A stretch of 22,886 nt of DNA from a plasmid. The position numbers and the translations under genes were made by a program. The stretch lies in sequence record NZ_CP072383.1. One strand, given 5' to 3'. Positions within the stretch are counted from its first letter, which is position 1; every line of letters starts with the position of its first letter. Shown here piece by piece: positions 16,449 through 22,886 of this stretch. The notes beneath the pieces were generated by a model. The model worked only from the letters and a program-made list of their open reading frames with translations. It was not told the DNA's origin and did not search any database.

Positions 16449-17480
16449 TTAATCCACCTTGAGAGAGTTCAGTTTGGCCTGCGGATCAAAATAGATTTCC
16501 GTCATATGTCTGCCGTATTCGTGGCTATTTGTAACATGCACGATAATATCTATGGTTTGTTGCAATAAACGACGGATCACATCATAAGAGAGGGTGCGTC
16601 CCTGGTCGTTTTGCAAGGTCATTAAGATAAGCCGTTCCCAAGTTTCAGCAACCGAACCGGCGTGACAAGAGGTAATCGAGCCGTTATGCCCGGAAGAAAC
16701 AACATTGATAAAATCATAGGTTTCCCCTCCGCGTAATTCCGCAAGCAGAATACGATCGGGCTTCATCCGTAAGCAGGATTTCAGTAAAGAGGCTGCTGTG
16801 ATTAAATCGCCGTTTTTCGCTTCACTTGGATAGAATAAGTGGAAATAATTTTTATGTTGGCGTAAGAATAATTCCGGAGTATCTTCGATGGTGCCTAGGC
16901 GTTCATGCAACGGAATATAATCGACCAGGGCTTTCATTAAAGTAGTTTTCCCGGAGCCGGTTTCCCCGGCAATCACAATATTCTTCCCACAGATAACCGC
17001 TTGTTTAAGAAATTCCGCATAATCGCCTTTATGATAAATTTCCAATAATTGTTGGTCATCTTCTGATAAATGATTTTCCGTCTTGATGACACGGCTAAAA
17101 AAGCCGTTGTTGATGTAATAATCCAGGTCAAAAAAAGACTTATTGGGTTTTCGCACCGTAATACTGATGGTTTCCCGTTCACATGCAGGAGGAGTGATAA
17201 CCTGTGTTCGTTCGCCGTTCGGTAGTACCGCAGAAAGAATCGGTTTCATATCACCAATATAATCAGACCGATATTTTGCTAATGCACGTGCAAAAGAATC
17301 ACAGAGATCATAAGTAATATGAGCTGCTTCCTGGTAATACCATACACCATTTTTTTCAAAGAAAATTTCACGGGGGCGATTAATCGCAATCTCTGTAATA
17401 GCTTCATCTTCAAGCAATTCACCAAATAATTTGTTGGCATGGAGTGAAATTGAGACATCTCCGGAAGAATTTATGACCAT
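16449..17480 (-). CDS. virB11: VirB11-family traffic ATPase
   Basis: 343 aa, Walker A GETGSGKTT, PulE/VirB11 architecture. Confidence 0.9.
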   Translation of the reverse strand: MVINSSGDVSISLHANKLFGELLEDEAITEIAINRPREIFFEKNGVWYYQEAAHITYDLCDSFARALAKYRSDYIGDMKPILSAVLPNGERTQVITPPACERETISITVRKPNKSFFDLDYYINNGFFSRVIKTENHLSEDDQQLLEIYHKGDYAEFLKQAVICGKNIVIAGETGSGKTTLMKALVDYIPLHERLGTIEDTPELFLRQHKNYFHLFYPSEAKNGDLITAASLLKSCLRMKPDRILLAELRGGETYDFINVVSSGHNGSITSCHAGSVAETWERLILMTLQNDQGRTLSYDVIRRLLQQTIDIIVHVTNSHEYGRHMTEIYFDPQAKLNSLKVD

Positions 17481-17492
17481 GGTTTATACCTC

Positions 17493-18602
17493 CTATTTCT
17501 GTTTCAATTCGTACACATCGCCAAAATCAATATCTCGTGCAACAAAAATCCCCACTAAATCCCCTTGGTTCTTATAAAGCGTAGGGGGAATATTAATGGT
17601 TTTTTCCAGGATACTTTGTGCAATTTCCGAGCCGGCTTGCACCGTATCAGTTGGATTAAATGTACCCCGTTTGGCTAATTGAGTAGATAATGCACTGGTT
17701 GAATCGGTGATCATGCTTAACATGATGGCATTACCGAAACGTTCCCAAAAATGATTATCTACATAGCCCGGAATACCGGTTCCGCCTAATTCGTCCGTTG
17801 CACCGGAATTAATGTTGATGATGATATTTTTCGGTGTACGGATTTCACTCCAAACCACAAATAAACGTTCTTCGCCTTGTTGGATCTGACCGTTACGGAA
17901 TTCACCAAACACGGTAGAGCCTTTTTCAATCAGTAATACCGTACCGTTTGCACTATATACATCGTTTGCCACAACGCAGCCTAGATTGCCGGCTACGGTG
18001 GAAACAAGTTTTGTGCGTAAGGAACATTGTATAAACGTGCCTTTTGCCAACAATAAATTAGCATTAACCGGGAGTTTATGAGCTTTACCCGCTTTAAACG
18101 TGCTGACGTTATCTTCAAACATATCGCCTTTTGCCGGTTCCGGTGGTTGGTTAGTTACCGTGTCAGTTGTATCTGTATTCTGAACATCTGAAACGGCTTG
18201 TAATGTTTCGCCATCGATAGTACCCGGAGACAATCCTTTGATTAAACGGGGGGCGGATGGCATATCTAACGCCTCTGTCGTACTATGATTTTCTACTGGA
18301 GCGGTTGCGGTAGAAATTGGTTGTGGCTCCGGATTTAAAATCGCCGGGATTTCTGCCGGTGGTGCCGTAAATGTTTTTGAACGCACTGTCGTACCGAATT
18401 CTTCTTTTTCCTTAGCCTGTGCCGGTTGCGTATCCTTTTTATTCAAAAAGGAATAACCCAAAAACGCCACGGCAAGCAGTGCAATAATCAGAAAAATAAA
18501 TAAATTTTGGTTTTTACCGCGTTTGGCAATTTTGCTGACTTCCGGTTGATAATCAGTTTCCGTTTTGTCATCCTTCGGCTGAATGGTTTTGTTATCGTTC
18601 AT
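17493..18602 (-). CDS. virB10: VirB10/TrbI-family protein
   Basis: N-terminal TM segment, Pro-rich linker (PPAEIPAILNPEPQPI), conserved C-terminal barrel domain. Confidence 0.85.
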   Translation of the reverse strand: MNDNKTIQPKDDKTETDYQPEVSKIAKRGKNQNLFIFLIIALLAVAFLGYSFLNKKDTQPAQAKEKEEFGTTVRSKTFTAPPAEIPAILNPEPQPISTATAPVENHSTTEALDMPSAPRLIKGLSPGTIDGETLQAVSDVQNTDTTDTVTNQPPEPAKGDMFEDNVSTFKAGKAHKLPVNANLLLAKGTFIQCSLRTKLVSTVAGNLGCVVANDVYSANGTVLLIEKGSTVFGEFRNGQIQQGEERLFVVWSEIRTPKNIIININSGATDELGGTGIPGYVDNHFWERFGNAIMLSMITDSTSALSTQLAKRGTFNPTDTVQAGSEIAQSILEKTINIPPTLYKNQGDLVGIFVARDIDFGDVYELKQK

Positions 18603-18611
18603 CTCTGCCTC

Positions 18612-19481
18612 CTATCGTTCGTCTCTTGCCACATTTGGTGAAATGGTCGTGTTATAAGTTACCGGTGTTTTTCCGTAACTTTGATTGTAAATGCCGACCA
18701 CTTTTTCACCGCTACGTAACACCAATTTTTCTGCTGTTTTTTGGATGACTAATACCTGATAATTACCGTCTTGTTTAACATTGGTATTTAACAGACTTTC
18801 CGTGGATCCTTCTAACAAGAAGGCTGCAGGAAAGGTTTTATTCGGGGCAAAGCCAAGATAAGTAAATATGCCATCATCGTACGCATAGTTCGGTGTAATG
18901 GTTTCGCTACCAGCCTTAACTTTCATTACGTAATCCCAATTTTTCGGTGTTTTGGTACTTTGCAAGGATTTTTCAATGGCTTGCTGTTCACGATCACGTT
19001 TATCTTTTTGACGTTGCGCGACTTGTTGCTTTTCTTTTTCCGTCGGATAGGAGAAATTGACCTGGTAAGAGGAAGTCGAATTTTCCGGGACAAGAATCAA
19101 ATCAAAAGAATAAGTCCGTTTATTAGTGTTGATGAATAAGTTGGTATTCCATTGCCCTGGGGTCGGTTCAAAATAGCTTTCACCTTCACTGCTTTGCTGT
19201 TTGACCGCCAAAGGCTTAATCAACACAAAATTTGCATTATCAGTAATATCCCAACCGTCCTGAAAACCAGTATGTTTGTATGAAATACGTTCATCTTCAG
19301 CAAAAACGATCACAGAAGAATATCCATCTTTCGCATAGACTTTTGTCACATCTAGCGCGTTATAAACTTGTGATTGAATTCGGTCATCATATTTTGATTT
19401 TATCGGTGTGCTAGCCGCGTAAGTTTCCGTGCCGAACACGATAAGCAATAAACAAAGTAATTTGCGCATATTAAGCCTCAT
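18612..19481 (-). CDS. virB9: VirB9/TrbG-family protein
   Basis: Signal peptide, two-domain VirB9-like sequence, position between virB8 and virB10. Confidence 0.85.
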   Translation of the reverse strand: MRLNMRKLLCLLLIVFGTETYAASTPIKSKYDDRIQSQVYNALDVTKVYAKDGYSSVIVFAEDERISYKHTGFQDGWDITDNANFVLIKPLAVKQQSSEGESYFEPTPGQWNTNLFINTNKRTYSFDLILVPENSTSSYQVNFSYPTEKEKQQVAQRQKDKRDREQQAIEKSLQSTKTPKNWDYVMKVKAGSETITPNYAYDDGIFTYLGFAPNKTFPAAFLLEGSTESLLNTNVKQDGNYQVLVIQKTAEKLVLRSGEKVVGIYNQSYGKTPVTYNTTISPNVARDER

Positions 19482-20157
19482 TATCTACCCGGTAATGTGT
19501 CACAATAAATCCTAACGGGTTATCCATGCGGAACCCTTCAACCATATTTTTCACTGGTAAATATTCATAAGTTAAAGAAACTACAATATTTTTTGCCGTT
19601 TCTTCTCCAGTTGACAAATTACGTTGAATTAAACGAACGCGGGCAGTTGCAATATTGCTTGCTTGGCCATCCGTACCAACTTCTTTTTTAGATAACACAA
19701 TAGAAATGATTTCTGGTTTAACGGTGTTACTACTACCTAATTTTTGGTCACGTGCATTCTTACCTTCATAAATGCTACGATAATCCTTCGCAACTTCATC
19801 ACTACTCATCATTTGCGTAAGTTCATATTCTTGTTGCAAGGTGTTGAAATAATAGCCTTCACGTGTTTTGATATATTGACTGATGAAATGTTTATCCATG
19901 GCGTCATCTGTGGTCAACGTTTCCACATCCAAACGAGTAATGACGTCAGGAATACCCGTACCGTTATCACGAATCAGAAACGGGACAACTTCGCGCAACG
20001 GTAAAATACTGACAATGACCGCACCGAGAACGAGGCTAATCAGCCAGGATATTCTGGCCACTTTCCAGGCGCGGGCTTCTGATTTTTCGATATTCTCCTG
20101 GTTTTTGGCTTCTAAATCCCGATTTTGGTCAAGAATGTCTTGTTCGATATTGGTCAT
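19471..20157 (-). CDS. virB8: VirB8-family protein
   Basis: Bitopic topology with a single TM near residue 35..55 and the conserved NPLGF motif in the periplasmic NTF2-like domain. Confidence 0.85.
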   Translation of the reverse strand: MTNIEQDILDQNRDLEAKNQENIEKSEARAWKVARISWLISLVLGAVIVSILPLREVVPFLIRDNGTGIPDVITRLDVETLTTDDAMDKHFISQYIKTREGYYFNTLQQEYELTQMMSSDEVAKDYRSIYEGKNARDQKLGSSNTVKPEIISIVLSKKEVGTDGQASNIATARVRLIQRNLSTGEETAKNIVVSLTYEYLPVKNMVEGFRMDNPLGFIVTHYRVDNEA

Positions 20158-20297
20158 TTTTTATGTTCTCCTTGCGGTTGCATTGTTTTATTAACAGGTT
20201 CAAAGGATGTACCTTTTAAATCATCCGGCCAACTTGACGAACAACCGACCAGATTAAAAAGTACAAAAAATAAGCATAATTTGTGTATTTTTTGCAT
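20154..20297 (-). CDS. virB7: VirB7-like small lipoprotein (47 aa), not in the ORF track
   Basis: Minus-strand ORF MQKIHKLCLFFVLFNLVGCSSSWPDDLKGTSFEPVNKTMQPQGEHKK with lipobox LVGC|S. Its stop TGA overlaps the virB8 ATG (ATGA). It lies between virB6 and virB8, as canonical. Confidence 0.6.
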   Translation of the reverse strand: MQKIHKLCLFFVLFNLVGCSSSWPDDLKGTSFEPVNKTMQPQGEHKK

Positions 20298-20364
20298 AAA
20301 AACCTCTCTTTTAAGTGTAAAAACCTCTACAAAGTAAATTGCATAATGAAAAATAATGGAAAAA

Positions 20365-21366
20365 TTAAGACTTGCCGGCGCGATTCCTTACTGAATTGGC
20401 GACTGCCCGCGCCGTTCGATGTATTGCACTACCGACCTTATAAGCGGTCGGTGCGCGACTGTATCCGGCACCGCTTGCACCCATGCCAAAGCGGGCGGTA
20501 TTTTGTACGGCATTTTTAACACTGCTAAAGATTCCGCCTATTCCTCGTAACCCGGCAGAATAAGCAGCACCTTCTACAGATACTGAAGCTAACTGGGAGG
20601 CGTAAGTTAATGATAGGTAGGATATGAACGCCATAAGAATACCAAATCCTAAAATTTCAAATCCGACCCTTATTAAGTTAAGTTCACTAGCTTGTAATAG
20701 TAATGAAGTGATATTTTTACCAAAGAATGACATTCCCATACGAAGTGAAATACCGATAAACACGACAGTAAGAATATTGGCAAAAATAAGTTGGAGCCAG
20801 TTATTAAACATGTTACGTAAGAAATTATATAGCACACAGAAAACAAAAATTGGCGCAGTAACGGTTAATAGTTTTAATGTGATAGTTGTAAAAATAAATA
20901 TAAAAAATGGTACAAACAAAGAAAAGGCAATACCAATCCAAGCTAAGCCAGAGGCTACTAATCCTTCTGCTGGGACGTATTCAGATTTATCCAAGTCAAA
21001 AAGTTGGCTAGCAATATCTGTACCTAGATCTAACTGGTCATCCATTAAACCGGCTATACCGTTTCCGGTAAAACCGGTTAAATTGGTTTTGAGATCATCA
21101 ATTATTGCTAATGCGCCATCTAAATAGCCACCATAATTCATCATTATAGAAATGATGATCATTTTACTGGCAAAATCATATAAGAGTTCTTTTGCTGGCG
21201 CTTCCATTTTGCCTGCAAATATTGCAAAACCTTTAAGGGTATAATAGAGCAATAAACTAGCACCAACTATACTATAAAGAGAGTTAGCAAAACCCGAACT
21301 CATAGACTGACTGACCGAAGCCAGTAAGTCTGTTATGAATGAATCTATAGTCTCAAAAAATCTCAT
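20365..21366 (-). CDS. virB6: VirB6/TrbL-family polytopic inner-membrane protein
   Basis: 333 aa with multiple TM helices, a Gly/Ser-rich C-terminal tail, and the expected position. Confidence 0.85.
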   Translation of the reverse strand: MRFFETIDSFITDLLASVSQSMSSGFANSLYSIVGASLLLYYTLKGFAIFAGKMEAPAKELLYDFASKMIIISIMMNYGGYLDGALAIIDDLKTNLTGFTGNGIAGLMDDQLDLGTDIASQLFDLDKSEYVPAEGLVASGLAWIGIAFSLFVPFFIFIFTTITLKLLTVTAPIFVFCVLYNFLRNMFNNWLQLIFANILTVVFIGISLRMGMSFFGKNITSLLLQASELNLIRVGFEILGFGILMAFISYLSLTYASQLASVSVEGAAYSAGLRGIGGIFSSVKNAVQNTARFGMGASGAGYSRAPTAYKVGSAIHRTARAVANSVRNRAGKS

Positions 21367-21377
21367 TTTTTATTAAC

Positions 21378-21602
21378 CTAATAATTTCCTCCGCGAATAT
21401 TCGAGCGACGAATACTTGCTTGAGCTTTATTTGCGTTTCGGCAATTAGAATTTGCCATCAGCGGTTCGGCTTTTTTCTCACATTCTTCTAACATTTTTAA
21501 ACGTTCTGTCGTATGTTCTTTATAGTAGTCTATGCTTTTGACTTCTTCAGAACAGGCAGATACTAAAAAAGTTAATGTAACCATCATAAGTAGTTTTTTC
21601 AT
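21378..21602 (-). CDS. small lipoprotein between virB5 and virB6; TrbK/Eex-like entry-exclusion candidate
   Basis: 74 aa with lipobox LVSAC|S. Synteny matches trbJ-trbK-trbL and pKM101 traC-eex-traD. Confidence 0.5.
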   Translation of the reverse strand: MKKLLMMVTLTFLVSACSEEVKSIDYYKEHTTERLKMLEECEKKAEPLMANSNCRNANKAQASIRRSNIRGGNY

Positions 21603-21623
21603 GAGAATACTCCGTTTTATTAA

Positions 21624-22349
21624 TTAATAACTACCACCTTTGCCATTTAGACGACGCTGGGAGGCGAGTTGTTTTTGTTGCTCATTCATTAAGCGACGGT
21701 ATTCCGTTTGCCGTGCGTTGAATAAATCCAACTGGACTTTTTGTGATTGCAATGCGGCCAACTGCACATCCATTGCATTTTTTAAGTCCTGACTTTCCTT
21801 CACATCTTGAGATTTCGCCATCCGTTTAGCGAGCTTATCAATGGTTTTCAATTTACTATTGACGTTACTTTCAAACGAATCTAAGAAACTCATGCTTTCC
21901 ACCGTAGAAACAATATTTGCTTCACAGGAAGTAATTTCACCTTGACGTAAATTCTTACAACGGTCGAAAAGGTTGTATTTTTCAAACAGGCTTTTGGCAT
22001 TCGCGCTTAATGCGTTTTTCCCACCGGAAACTAAATCGATTACCGGGGTAAACTCCGATTTTAAGCCATTTATTTCACCATACAAACTATGAGCTTCACC
22101 GATGAAAGCCTGCACATCACGAATGCCGGTTTGTGAGGCTAATTGGTCGGCATACGCTTTCAGCTCATTTTTATAATGCGAAACTGTATCCGTCCACTGT
22201 TTAGCCTCTTTTGCCCATTGTTGCACGGTTTGAAGCATGCTCATTTGACGTTGACCGGCAGCTGCGGGATCAACAACCGGAATTCCGGCTTGCACCAATA
22301 CCGGCATAGATAAAACAGCAACTAAACTGAGTTTTTTAAACATTTTCAT
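21624..22349 (-). CDS. virB5: VirB5/TrbJ-family minor pilin
   Basis: Likely start MKMFKK at 22349 with an AAGGAGA RBS overlapping the virB4 stop. Signal peptide then GIPVVD (VirB5/TrbJ N-terminal motif) and a helical coiled-coil body. Confidence 0.8.
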   Translation of the reverse strand: MKMFKKLSLVAVLSMPVLVQAGIPVVDPAAAGQRQMSMLQTVQQWAKEAKQWTDTVSHYKNELKAYADQLASQTGIRDVQAFIGEAHSLYGEINGLKSEFTPVIDLVSGGKNALSANAKSLFEKYNLFDRCKNLRQGEITSCEANIVSTVESMSFLDSFESNVNSKLKTIDKLAKRMAKSQDVKESQDLKNAMDVQLAALQSQKVQLDLFNARQTEYRRLMNEQQKQLASQRRLNGKGGSY

Positions 22350-22359
22350 CACGTTCTCC

Positions 22360-22886
22360 TTATACACAACGTTGTTTATAAATCGGAATCCAGTCATTAG
22401 CGGCTTCGCCGACTTCTTCGATAATTTGATGTAGGATTTCTGCGTTATCCTTACTGGTTGACAGAATTTTTAAGTTTTCACGCCCTAAACCGCTTAAATC
22501 TAACTTAGCTAAGGCTGTTTCTAGCCCTTTACGCACTAAGAAAGTACGGGAATCCGGTTGTAATTCACGGATAATTTCAAATTGTTTTTCACTGATTCCG
22601 AAACCATCCACATAATCCACTTTGCGTGCAATCGGGTTAGGTAAACAAATGGTTGTTTCACATTGCTCAACTACCGCGCGAGAAATTGGGCTTTTCAACA
22701 CTTCATCCATACTTTGGGTCATCGGTATGACAATTCCATCTTCTTTCCGAATAACTTTTAATTTGTTATAGGCAAAGTCGGAAAACGCTTCATCTTTTAA
22801 CCATTTCCAGAATTCATCCATAAAAATGATCAAACGACGACCATCTAATAATTTTCCGATACGGTGTAATAAGTAGAAAGAAAGCG
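22360..22886 (-). CDS. virB4: VirB4 C-terminal portion (continuation of the gene that starts at 2245 and wraps around the window ends)
   Basis: Open in frame from the window end: ...LSFYLLHRIGKLLDGRRLIIFMDEFWKWL (Walker B-like DE) ...TTICLPNPIA...LSTSKDNAEIL. The ORF-track TTG start at 22833 is an artefact of window truncation. Confidence 0.85.
   Translation of the reverse strand, partial: LSFYLLHRIGKLLDGRRLIIFMDEFWKWLKDEAFSDFAYNKLKVIRKEDGIVIPMTQSMDEVLKSPISRAVVEQCETTICLPNPIARKVDYVDGFGISEKQFEIIRELQPDSRTFLVRKGLETALAKLDLSGLGRENLKILSTSKDNAEILHQIIEEVGEAANDWIPIYKQRCV

Overview
The window looks like a complete, circular conjugative plasmid of about 22.9 kb, cut inside its virB4 gene.

The minus-strand VirB3-VirB4 fusion gene starts at 2245 and runs off position 1. 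Its C-terminal part is at 22886..22360, and the reading frame is continuous across the junction (1 + 2 leftover nucleotides complete a codon).

Base composition is AT-rich. A Haemophilus-type uptake signal sequence (AAGTGCGGT and its complement) forms a terminator hairpin, which points to a Pasteurellaceae host of the Hin-USS clade (Haemophilus, Aggregatibacter or Pasteurella). The architecture resembles pVT745-like magB-type T4SS plasmids, but I cannot verify that from here.

The minus strand carries one long cluster, starting from a TTGACC-N17-TACAAT promoter:
- an orphan DinJ/RelB-like ribbon-helix-helix (RHH) gene, a 325-aa protein with a triplicated internal motif, and ssb;
- a P-type type IV secretion system: virB1, virB2, a fused virB3-virB4, virB5, a TrbK/Eex-like lipoprotein, virB6, a 47-aa virB7 lipoprotein gene missed by the ORF track, virB8, virB9, virB10, virB11 and virD4;
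- two small secreted or lipoprotein genes after virD4.

Further along the minus strand are parA-parG, a class II Fic gene and a serine resolvase with a res-like palindromic site.

The plus strand carries an IncFII-RepA1-like replication initiator with an AT-rich region downstream. It also carries a mobilisation module: a candidate oriT with a TATCCTGC nic core, mobC, and a MOBQ/P-type relaxase (NPHCH motif) that is split into two overlapping ORFs.

Between rep and oriT is the predicted leading region. It holds ardC and two small unknown genes, bracketed by perfectly identical 150-bp inverted repeats.

No rRNA, tRNA or CRISPR array is present.
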